Below, one piece after another: positions 9,544-20,003 of a stretch of DNA of 64,000 nt (position 1 is the stretch's first letter; each line of letters opens with the position of its first letter). The DNA comes from an uncultured Verrucomicrobiae bacterium. GTDB taxonomy: Bacteria > Verrucomicrobiota > Verrucomicrobiia > Chthoniobacterales > JAFAMB01. The position numbers were made by a program, and so were the translations under genes. The notes beneath the pieces were generated by a model, which worked only from the letters and a program-made list of their open reading frames with translations, did not search any database and was not told the DNA's origin. Where the stretch lies: positions 480,001 to 544,000 of the forward strand of contig CAVXLD010000005.1 of the NCBI GenBank assembly GCA_963762565.1, read 5' to 3'.

Positions 9544-9868
9544 TTAAACTTTGGACATTGTGAACAGCGCTTCAAATTGGGCCGCGGTTCGGTGAACGTT
9601 CACGGTCGTGCGACTAATGGATTCCTGCGTGATTTTCCAACCATTATCTTGTGCCCATTTTTTTACGATAGCGTAGTCGGTTTGATTCGCGCCGTATGCA
9701 GCCGCGAATTCTTGAGGGCTTAGGAATTTTCCATAGAGCTCGTCGCCAGGAGTCGCCACGCGGGGCAAACTCTGCCGCTCCATTCGGGTCCCTAAGCGGT
9801 AACACCAACACCACGCTAATTTCCTTTTCCGGTTCAGTGTGGGAAACCAGCGTCGATTTAGAGATCAT
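9544..9868 (-). pseudogene. Frameshifted S53 (kumamolisin-type) propeptide fragment
   Basis: ISVVLVLPLRD continues in another frame as VATPGDELYGKFLSPQEFAAAYG...QFEALF. No catalytic domain. Confidence 0.65.
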
Positions 9869-9923
9869 TGGCGAGACTGCGATGGTCGCGTCCTTTTGAC
9901 GCCGGTGCCTGAGCCTTCGATAC

Positions 9924-9974
9924 TTGAGATAATACTCGCATAAGGAAAGTTATTTGAGTAAGCCCTCGCATAAG
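9924..9974. promoter_or_regulatory. Tandem putative TetR operators
   Basis: TTGAG-N6-CTCGCATAAG at 9924-9944 and 9954-9974; the second overlaps the tetR start. Confidence 0.6.
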
Positions 9975-10601
9975 TCAAGTACGAAAAAAGCACGGGCTGT
10001 TCAGGCACCCCAACGGTCCCATGGAAGATTGCGAGTTGCCGCTATCATGGAGGCAGCGGAAGCGGTCATCGCTGAGAAAGGATTCGAAGCTGCGACAATG
10101 GCCGAAATTGCGACGCGCTCCGGCACCAAGATCGGCTCGCTTTACCGTTTCTTTCCGAACAAGGAAAGCCTCGCAGACACGATTGTCGTGAGCGCTCGCA
10201 ACAACCTGGACGCAGTATTTGATCAGTTTGACGCAAAGGTAAGTGCGCTGTCGATTCGGGCTTTGGCCGATGATCTTCTGTCCCTGCTTCTCGAGCCGAT
10301 ATTCAACAGGCCAGCCGTTATGAAGCTTCTCGATTCCGGGCCGAACTGCTCGGCCAAACGGGAGGAATTCCGTGGCGCGGTGCTGGGCCACATGGCCAAG
10401 ACGCTCATGATTTACAATCCGGATCTGCGAAAGGAGGCCGCCGCGAATATAGCTCTTGTGATTCTGCTCAACATCAAGGCGGCGTCCACGCACCAAGGGC
10501 TGTCACCTAGCGCCTTGAGCGAATTTCGTAAGATGGTAAGGCTCTATATAGAAAGCAGACTGCAGCAACCCTTCTCTGCAAAAAAAAGCGCTGCATCCTA
10601 A
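9954..10601 (+). CDS. TetR/AcrR family regulator
   Basis: GFEAATMAEIATRSGTKIGSLYRFFPNKESL HTH. Confidence 0.9.
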   Translation: MSKPSHKSSTKKARAVQAPQRSHGRLRVAAIMEAAEAVIAEKGFEAATMAEIATRSGTKIGSLYRFFPNKESLADTIVVSARNNLDAVFDQFDAKVSALSIRALADDLLSLLLEPIFNRPAVMKLLDSGPNCSAKREEFRGAVLGHMAKTLMIYNPDLRKEAAANIALVILLNIKAASTHQGLSPSALSEFRKMVRLYIESRLQQPFSAKKSAAS

Positions 10602-10832
10602 ACGTGCGCCCTGCTCCGGCAAGCTGGCAAAGCGCGCATTCCTTGGCCGATGAGCGAAGCCGGGAGCGGGGCGTCCTGCTGGAAGAGGGGATTGGTTGTC
10701 AGCTGGCCGGTCTGCGGCGGGCAGTGCGGAAGAGCCTACGGAAACGCAACTCTCTTTGATAATTTCTTGCTGCACCCGGCCCTCCGTTCAACACCCCGCC
10801 CTAAAAATCCTCCGCTACCAAATCAGCTGGTT

Positions 10833-11813
10833 TCAGCAGTTGTCCGTGTATTGCGCGAGCTGTTCTGCCATGCGCTCGCGCTCGATAAATTTGGCTATCT
10901 GTGTGCCCAACGCCGTAAGCATGGAGAGTAAATCATCATCCGGAGCATGGATCCCACGGCTGAAGAACTCCATCACACCCGTCACTTCGCCGTCGAGAAT
11001 AATTGGAAACGCAAATGCGCCATGGAGCCCTCCCTTCGCCGCTTCTGCAGCGCGCGGGAAATTGTCATCTACGACTACATCCGGAATCCAGAATGCCTTG
11101 CGGCTGGACCACACGCGCCCGGGAAGTCCCATGTCGGACGCAAAAGCAGCCCGTTGCGTGGCATCAATAAAAGCTTGGACGTTTACCCCGGGCGCGTACC
11201 AAACGTCTGCGCACCGCAGCACGTTTGCCTCGGCATCCACATACCAAAGCCCGCCAACATCCCAGCTCATGGTTTCGCAGATCGACTGAACGACCTTGCT
11301 GGAAGCCTCACCAAGATGCCGCACTTCCGCTAGGGTGCGCGTCACCGCGTATTGGAGAGCCAAGCGAGCGTTGGCTTGGTCGCGCTCTTCCTCGGCCAAC
11401 TTGCGCTGAGTGATATCCTGCACCATGCCTTCGTAATAAAGTACTTCGCCGCTGACTTCATCGCGCACCAGGCGCGCGCCTTCCAATATCCAGATGACGC
11501 TCTTATCGCGCCGGTAGATTTGCGACTCAAAATCGATCACCTTCCCATGTTCGCGTACCAGTTTGAGAAATTCAGCGCGGCGGCCGGGTTTGACATAGAG
11601 TTGACGGCTGATGTCCGTTAGTGCCCCGATCAACTCTTCGGGCGAGTTGTAGCCATACATGCGCGCAAGCGCCGGGTTAGCGCTGAGATATTGCCCCTGC
11701 GGCGTTGTCTGAAAGATTCCAATAACACAGTGCTCGAAGATGCTACGATATTTCTGCTCGGCTTGTCGGACAGCCTCAAGCGCGGATTCGGACCCCATAA
11801 TTTCGCCTTCCAT
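10833..11813 (-). CDS. PAS-PAC-GAF sensor protein with no output domain
   Basis: YRSIFE...ANPALARMYGY.SPEEL PAS, EGMVQDITQRK PAC, GLPGRVW...AFAFPI GAF. Confidence 0.8.
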   Translation of the reverse strand: MEGEIMGSESALEAVRQAEQKYRSIFEHCVIGIFQTTPQGQYLSANPALARMYGYNSPEELIGALTDISRQLYVKPGRRAEFLKLVREHGKVIDFESQIYRRDKSVIWILEGARLVRDEVSGEVLYYEGMVQDITQRKLAEEERDQANARLALQYAVTRTLAEVRHLGEASSKVVQSICETMSWDVGGLWYVDAEANVLRCADVWYAPGVNVQAFIDATQRAAFASDMGLPGRVWSSRKAFWIPDVVVDDNFPRAAEAAKGGLHGAFAFPIILDGEVTGVMEFFSRGIHAPDDDLLSMLTALGTQIAKFIERERMAEQLAQYTDNC

Positions 11814-12062
11814 AACTTTTTGTGATTTGCATCGCCGGCCAATCCATTTGTAAACAAATACAGCTTGGCTCCAACCGTACTGACAAGAGCCGTTGATAAG
11901 CAATTTTTAGGCCTAGAGAGACCCACAAGACTTAGCCTTCAGACGATACCGCAGAAGGAGATCGACGGCCTTTTGGTCTGAGTTTTCCGATCTGGCTCGA
12001 CCGACGTTTCGCCTGTTCATACGAGTCGCGAATCGATTCTTCAGCGATTGGTCGAGAATCCT

Positions 12063-12218
12063 CATACCATTGTCGCGGATAATCGTGTTCGGCGTACGGT
12101 TCAAGCCATTGTACGTAAGGCCCGAACAGGAAGACTGAATGACGGCCGGGTTTTTGTTGTGCCTATCCAAGAAGCGATTCGCATTCGGACCGGAGAGCGA
12201 GGAGAGTCTGCGGTCTGA
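12063..12218 (+). pseudogene. P-II (GlnB/GlnK) C-terminal remnant
   Basis: IVADNRVRRTVQAIVRKARTGRLNDGRVFVVPIQEAIRIRTGERGESAV*. Upstream part is degenerate with a stop. Confidence 0.75.
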
Positions 12219-12261
12219 GCTACCAATCATCGAAAACTTTCCCCTGTCCGACTCTGGCGTT

Positions 12262-12440
12262 GCATGAGTCAGCGACTCTCCGAAATCCAAGGTGCCACCC
12301 GGCATTGTCCATTTGTCGTTGTCTTTTCTGTGGAACAGCAAAAGCTCGCCGTTCGAATTGAACAAGGCCACAGCAGTCGCTGGGCGAATTGAGTTCGGTT
12401 TCGGGGCTTCCAGATCGTAAAAGTAGTCGCGCCGTGCCAT
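12262..12440 (-). pseudogene. NUDIX hydrolase truncated within the Nudix box
   Basis: MARRDYFYD.EAPKPNS...WTMPGGTLDFGESL, then unrelated sequence. Confidence 0.7.
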
Positions 12441-12442
12441 CG

Positions 12443-12688
12443 CTAGCGCTCCTCTTCTTTGATTGGTTCGCGGTACCAAGCCTCGACTTCAGGAGTGGTA
12501 TTCACGGGCACCTCATCGTTTCCCGGCGGAACTTTGATGAATAATATCTCTGTGCCAGGCGTGGATTTCTGAGCATAGGCGACGCCGGGTTCGATCACGT
12601 AGAAGTCACCCTTTCCAAAGACGTGCTCAGCCCCGGAGCCCAGGTCGAGATACGCTGTCAATCCAACAGTTATCGACGTGAAACTCAC
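12443..12688 (-). pseudogene. Cupin-like C-terminal fragment
   Basis: GDFYVIEPGVAYAQKS.PGTEILFIKVP; the 5' end appears lost. Confidence 0.45.
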
Positions 12689-12847
12689 CGTGGTTTGAGC
12701 TGATGCTTTCGGGGGGTAGGGACGGCATATCGATGGCCGATAGAGATTCCGTTAGGTGCGGCAGGGGAGGTGTTCGCTCGAGCGGCAAAGGATTCGGCGC
12801 AAATCTCTCAGTTGATCGGTGTTGCTTCAGACCTTAGCGTTCGCTTC

Positions 12848-12973
12848 ATGGGCGACAAATCTCCAAAATCCAAAAACAAGCAGGCGACGCAGAAACAAAC
12901 CAAGGCGGAAGTTGAAAGCCAAAAGAAGAAAGAGGCCGCTAGCGCTAAGCAGACCGTGAAGACTAAAAAGTAG
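12848..12973 (+). CDS. Small Lys-rich protein (41 aa)
   Basis: MGDKSPKSKNKQATQKQTK...KKK resembles small basic proteins recalled from PVC genomes. Confidence 0.55.
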   Translation: MGDKSPKSKNKQATQKQTKAEVESQKKKEAASAKQTVKTKK

Positions 12974-13125
12974 TCCGCGCGCAAGAGCGATGGGGCGAAG
13001 GGGCGACAGGGCGAATGGCGACACGGCGGGCAGCTTAGGCCAGAAACGTTGGCCTGCTGTTAGGTAGCCGGATTGATACCGATCAGCCGCCCTCAACTTT
13101 GTGGCTTTGCGTGCGATTTTCGTCT

Positions 13126-13395
13126 TCAGTCCTTCGATGAGCCGGTGAGCTTCTCGTAATAGGCGGCTGCATCATCTAACTTTTCAAAGCTAGAAATCCG
13201 GTTAGCAGCCTCCGGCCAGACGAATCGTTCGAAGCCGTGAAAGTCGATAGAATCCGCGGTCACAACCACGTATCTCGCCGCCAGATCGTTCAGTCGAAGT
13301 AGAAAAACCGATTCAGACTGTCGCCTCACGGAATAGACTTTTCCATCTACAACCACGGTGCGCCGACACATTTCCACGCGCTCTGCCATTGCCAC
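13126..13395 (-). CDS. Hypothetical protein
   Basis: Non-overlapping ORF with plausible composition. Confidence 0.45.
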   Translation of the reverse strand: MAMAERVEMCRRTVVVDGKVYSVRRQSESVFLLRLNDLAARYVVVTADSIDFHGFERFVWPEAANRISSFEKLDDAAAYYEKLTGSSKD

Positions 13396-13531
13396 ACTGT
13401 CGCTCGACTTTTTGAAGACCGCACTCGAATCCTTGAGTGGTGCGAGCGGAGGGCAAGTGAGAGGGGATTGGTCGGTACGGATTTAGTTCTCGCAGCGGCG
13501 TTCAATCCGCCAAATTTCGTCGCAATCTCCC

Positions 13532-13568
13532 ATATATTTTTAGACGCTCAGCCATTCCAAAAGAGTAT
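13532..13568 (+). promoter_or_regulatory. 37-bp box (ATAT-N29-GTAT) upstream of the desaturase
   Basis: One-mismatch member of the repeated box family. Confidence 0.55.
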
Positions 13569-13606
13569 TGGTCGAGATCGGGAGTTTTGGGGGAAGAGTG
13601 CGGTAA

Positions 13607-15787
<2,181 letters not shown>

Positions 15788-16110
15788 GGATCGTTTCGTC
15801 TTCACTACAATGCCGGATCCATAGGAAAACAAATCGGAATAGCCACAAAAGAGCGCAAGGAACGCAAAAAAAAGACGAAGCAAAAGTCTCGCGCAAAGGC
15901 GCTACGATGAAAACGAAGACCGGATCAATTCACAGCAAGATCACGAAGGCCACAAAGACAGAGTATCTATGCAGCGAGGCTGAACCTGTGGAATCCGTTT
16001 TTTGTGCTTTTTCGCCTCCGCCAAGCCTTCGGCGCGACCAGTTTTCGCGGCTATTTCGGATTTCGGCCCCATCCCAGGCACGCGAAGGCACGCTCCACGG
16101 ATACCAGCAC

Positions 16111-16389
16111 CTACCTGCGTTTTTGACGCGGGTTTAGCCCCCATCCGACCTCCGCCGCCGGGTCACTGTTCTTGTCCGCAAAATCCCGTTTGCACGCTTC
16201 CTTGGCATTTCTCTCGGATTCGAATTGACCGACTAAATTCAATTTGTCCGACTCGGACGCGATGAACATCGATCCCCCGATCAGTTTGATTTCCTCAATT
16301 TGGTAAATCGGTAAGGAAGGGCCAATGAAAAAGCGGCTCACGCGGTCTTCGCGCTCCCAACGCGGATATATTGATTCGTTCGTACTCAT
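16111..16389 (-). CDS. Hypothetical protein
   Basis: ORF from MSTNES; plausible composition only. Confidence 0.4.
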   Translation of the reverse strand: MSTNESIYPRWEREDRVSRFFIGPSLPIYQIEEIKLIGGSMFIASESDKLNLVGQFESERNAKEACKRDFADKNSDPAAEVGWGLNPRQKRR

Positions 16390-16618
16390 ATACTCTTTCG
16401 GTTCCCGATTTGTCCGTTGTTCTGCTCTCACACTTCGGAAGCGGCCGCTCTCTCCCGGAGATTCCGAGGCGGATTTGGGACAAGTCGTGTGCTCGCTCAA
16501 TACCTCGCTTCTACCTTGACCTTCCACCCTTTTGACTGCGAACACGAAGAAATTCTCTGCTAGACAGTTAGATAGCGAGTGGCGCTTGCTGATCTCGACA
16601 GTTTGGTGCTAAGCCCGG

Positions 16619-17092
16619 CTAGGCCACGCGCCATTCAATCAAGGCCGCGTAGGCTTGACCCTTTCCTAGATCGGGGTCAATGGTTAACTCCAACGCTAAG
16701 ACGTGGCTCAAATCGACCCGGTAATCTTCTGTCTCTATCGCCGAAGTTCGGGGATTAAAATTCCATTGCTGACGAACGATCTCCGTGAAAGGACTTGTTT
16801 GGCCATCCGCCCAGCGCAGGGTGAACTGCTGCGTTCGCTCAACCTCTAATTCCGAGAAACGGAACCATATCCGTCGAAGGTTCTGTGGTTCGTCAAATAA
16901 CAAACGGATTGTCTGCACACCGGGTTTGGCAGCACGCCATCCGAGATTTTCACCCTGCTCAAATGCCGATTCGATTGGGTGTTGCAGATCTTCAGAGGGA
17001 ACCTCCACCCGAGCAATTTCTTCAAGGTTCAACCATTCGTCATCCTTCCCGGAGATACCTGGCTTGGCGCTGCCGATGACATTCTTGCGCAT
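16619..17092 (-). CDS. Conserved hypothetical, galactose-binding-like fold
   Basis: WLNLEEIARVEV.SED..HPIESA...GWRAA.PG.QTIRL.FD.PQ...EIVRQQWNF. Confidence 0.7.
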   Translation of the reverse strand: MRKNVIGSAKPGISGKDDEWLNLEEIARVEVPSEDLQHPIESAFEQGENLGWRAAKPGVQTIRLLFDEPQNLRRIWFRFSELEVERTQQFTLRWADGQTSPFTEIVRQQWNFNPRTSAIETEDYRVDLSHVLALELTIDPDLGKGQAYAALIEWRVA

Positions 17093-17338
17093 GTCTAAAA
17101 GATGTTACTAAATCGGAAATCTGATCTTATGAGTATGTAACCGATGCTTGGCTTTCTTTTGTGAGCGGCGGTTGCTTCGACGTAGCATCTCACCGATCAG
17201 GAGTGGAAAGTCACTTAAGGTCGGCGATGCCGAAAAACGATTGGTTTCATCACTGCGCGCGGCGTTATTTCTGGAATACATAATATAACCTTGTCTAACC
17301 TATACAGAGAGGTTCGTCCGATCGCTGCCTGACACCCT

Positions 17339-17375
17339 ATACTTAGAAGGTCCACTTACGGTTGTCTTCGGGTAT
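17339..17375 (-). promoter_or_regulatory. 37-bp box (ATAC-N29-GTAT)
   Basis: Perfect ends; lies between divergent genes at 17092 (-) and 17461 (+). Confidence 0.6.
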
Positions 17376-17460
17376 GGCCGCCGAATTTTGTCATTTCACC
17401 TGAAGAGTGTTATAATTTTTCCGTTTGGCGGGCTCGCCTGGAATCATCAATGATAACCGT

Positions 17461-17673
17461 ATGCGCGACCTAAAACTCATCATTGCTTCAATCGTAGCAA
17501 TTTTGGTAGTCATCCTCGTCGTCCAAAATACGGAGCCGGTGGAAACGCATCTACTATTTGCAACTGTCGCCATGCCCCACGCCGTTTTGATTTTCATCTC
17601 CGCTGCCGCGGGATTCGCGCTTGGGGTGCTTCTCACTATGTCAATGAAGTCAAAGCGTAAGAACGTCCGATGA
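17461..17673 (+). CDS. LapA/DUF1049-like small membrane protein, copy 1
   Basis: TM-QNTEPV-TM-basic tail; near-identical paralog at 36316-36528. Confidence 0.8.
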   Translation: MRDLKLIIASIVAILVVILVVQNTEPVETHLLFATVAMPHAVLIFISAAAGFALGVLLTMSMKSKRKNVR

Positions 17674-17928
17674 GCCACAAGGAAGTTTACGCTGCACGCA
17701 AGCGTGCCACGGCCGTCTGAATCCGGCGACTATGAGAGCGCTATCCGCAGGCGTGTCAGGTAACTCCGCGCGATCTGATCGACAACCTCTCGCCTTCGGA
17801 TATACTCTAAGGTAGCGACAAAATTAGCAATCTGCTGTAGTAGATGATTGTGGCTCCCAATCCGAAAATCGCGATGAATTTTAACGTCCCGATCAGCCTG
17901 TTTTGTTTCACCTGAATTACCTCCGTAG

Positions 17929-18141
17929 TTAGTTGAAACCGTCCTCCTCGGCGAGATATTTAGCGGCTTCTTCTGTATGATAGGTGGCGTGCAAATGGTG
18001 TCCGAGTGCGAGATGGGCGTGATGTCTAGCCTTTTCCTGGCTGCCGCTGGCGTGATGGGCGGCGGCTTCCATGTTATGGCGTGCAGCTTGTTCATGGTGC
18101 TCGGCCGCTTTTTTGTGATGGTCTATGGCTTCTTGGGTCAT
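17929..18141 (-). CDS. His/Ala-rich small helical protein
   Basis: HHKKAAEHHEQAARH..EAAAHH...KARHHAHLA.GHH.HA..H.EEAAK. Confidence 0.75.
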   Translation of the reverse strand: MTQEAIDHHKKAAEHHEQAARHNMEAAAHHASGSQEKARHHAHLALGHHLHATYHTEEAAKYLAEEDGFN

Positions 18142-18324
18142 CGGTTTGCAGGAGTTACACCTTGAAACACTGTGAGCGTGGTCCCCGGACATTCAATTCT
18201 CCCATACTTTTTACGAAGAGTTGTTCCTGCTTTCCCGAGATGGCATAGGATCTGTTTGCGAACCATGCGCTGGCTAGATGCGTTGCCATGGCCTTCGTCC
18301 CGGCAGCCGCGGGACCCAGCGCTG

Positions 18325-18365
18325 GGAGGGATCGCGTCCCCGCGATCAGCCGTTCGCGGAGCCCG
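18325..18365. repeat. REP-like palindrome family (second copy 33096-33137, inverted)
   Basis: CCCAGCGCTGGGAGGGATCGCGTCCCCGCGATCAGCCGTTC matches the reverse complement of 33096-33137. Confidence 0.7.
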
Positions 18366-18503
18366 ATGCAGATCCGAGCGAGCGTTTAGCTATGGCGACG
18401 ATACAGATCTGTTCGCGGCGCGCGAGGTCGCGCGCCCTCCACGTCAGGGGGCTAACGCCTTATTGTTGACGCGTGTGCGCGGCCGCGGGAAGGGCACGCC
18501 CCA

Positions 18504-19958
18504 CTACTTAACTAGAGCCGCGAGGAGCGTCTCTAACTCGATGGTCGCAATTTTGGTTATGGTATCATTCAAACCATAAGGCAGAATTAATCGACCGCCG
18601 TGGATTAACGCTCCGCAAGTGTATACCACGTTGGGCACGTACCCGCTGGTCTGGTCGACCGCCGGTTTCAGAAGTGGTTCATTGAGGCGACCGATCACCT
18701 TCAAAGGGTTCTGCAGATCCAACAGTAGGGCGCTGATGCAATATTTACGCATCGGGCCGACGCCGTGAGTCAGAACCAGCCAGCCCGCGTCAGTTTCGAT
18801 GGGCGAACCGCAGTTACCTATTTTTACCAATTCCCAGGTTCGGGACGGCCGTACCAGAAGCTGGGGATCGCTCCAGAAATACAGATCATCCGAGAGCAGC
18901 AGGTAAAGGTTCTCGTCATCGAAACGTGAAAGCATCACATAACGTCCACCGATGCGCTTCGGGAACAACGCCATGCCTTTGTTCCGAATCGCAGGACCAG
19001 TTAGGGTACGGATACGAAAGTGAAGGAAATCGTTTGTTTCAATGAGCTGTGAACGGATGACGCGCCCGTCGTATGCAGTATAGGTTGCGTAATACGTTGC
19101 GCGGTGGTCCTCATCAACAAAGCGGACAAAGCGAGCGTCCTCCATGCCATTGCTCTCATTCAGCGACACTGGGAAGATAACGCGTTGGGAAAGGGAGGTT
19201 GATGAACTAAAATTGAGTTCGTAGTTCGAATTTACGAGCCAATGCAGGCATTCGATCGCTCTCTTTACGTCTTCATTATGTCGCTGGGTCTCGTGAGCTG
19301 CACGCCGCAGCGATTCGTCCAATTCGGTTCGTGTGAATGTAGCACCCAGCCGATTCATCACTGATCTCGACCAATTGTTCTCCAGGCCTTTTTCCTGCAA
19401 CTTGTGCACAAACATATCCCTGGAGAAAGTGGGGTTAGCCTCAATGTCTGGTGCGGTTACCAGGTCCGTCGCAGAGTCCATCTCGATCGAATGATCTTTT
19501 CGCACGACGCCACTGCGAAACTCGATCGAGGAAACATGGCCCTCGCCGATCGCTCGAAGGGTCAGGATGAAGCGCAGATCTTCTGGTCCGAGATCTGTCT
19601 GGTCCGGATGCGGAACGATTGATGGATTGAACAACGCCACGGATTCAACCGCGTATTCTCCGGTAAAGAATGCTCCGATTAAAAGCCGTCGACTCGTTGA
19701 AAGAAATGCCTCATTCGAAAAATACGCCTCTACTTTCTCGAACTGTCGCAGCCACGATCTTTCCAGATTTGGGTGCCGGTGAGCGAATTCGTCGCGTAAG
19801 CAAGCTAGCTGCGACTCGACCTCCGGATCCGAAAAAGAGAGGACGCGTTCGATGATATTGGTGACCTGGTCGGGACTGGCCGGGATGAACGCCCGATTCA
19901 GCACTCGATCGATGTTGGGTCGAAGATCGATCGAGGTAGAACTAGTGTATCGAGTCAT
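18504..19958 (-). CDS. GH130-like glycosidase/phosphorylase (long form)
   Basis: ALFNPS, GEGHVSSI, NGMEDARFV, YYATYTAYDG, NKGMALFP, KIGNCGSP, GYVPNVVY. Confidence 0.88.
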   Translation of the reverse strand: MTRYTSSTSIDLRPNIDRVLNRAFIPASPDQVTNIIERVLSFSDPEVESQLACLRDEFAHRHPNLERSWLRQFEKVEAYFSNEAFLSTSRRLLIGAFFTGEYAVESVALFNPSIVPHPDQTDLGPEDLRFILTLRAIGEGHVSSIEFRSGVVRKDHSIEMDSATDLVTAPDIEANPTFSRDMFVHKLQEKGLENNWSRSVMNRLGATFTRTELDESLRRAAHETQRHNEDVKRAIECLHWLVNSNYELNFSSSTSLSQRVIFPVSLNESNGMEDARFVRFVDEDHRATYYATYTAYDGRVIRSQLIETNDFLHFRIRTLTGPAIRNKGMALFPKRIGGRYVMLSRFDDENLYLLLSDDLYFWSDPQLLVRPSRTWELVKIGNCGSPIETDAGWLVLTHGVGPMRKYCISALLLDLQNPLKVIGRLNEPLLKPAVDQTSGYVPNVVYTCGALIHGGRLILPYGLNDTITKIATIELETLLAALVK

Positions 19959-20003
19959 AAGCAGGAGGCATACCGTCCGGCAGCTGCCGGATCATTTGGC
20001 TCT

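Noticed and set aside
10696..11289. Long antisense ORFs (also 33858-34790, 44397-45068 and others)
   Set aside because: Shadow ORFs opposite well-supported genes.
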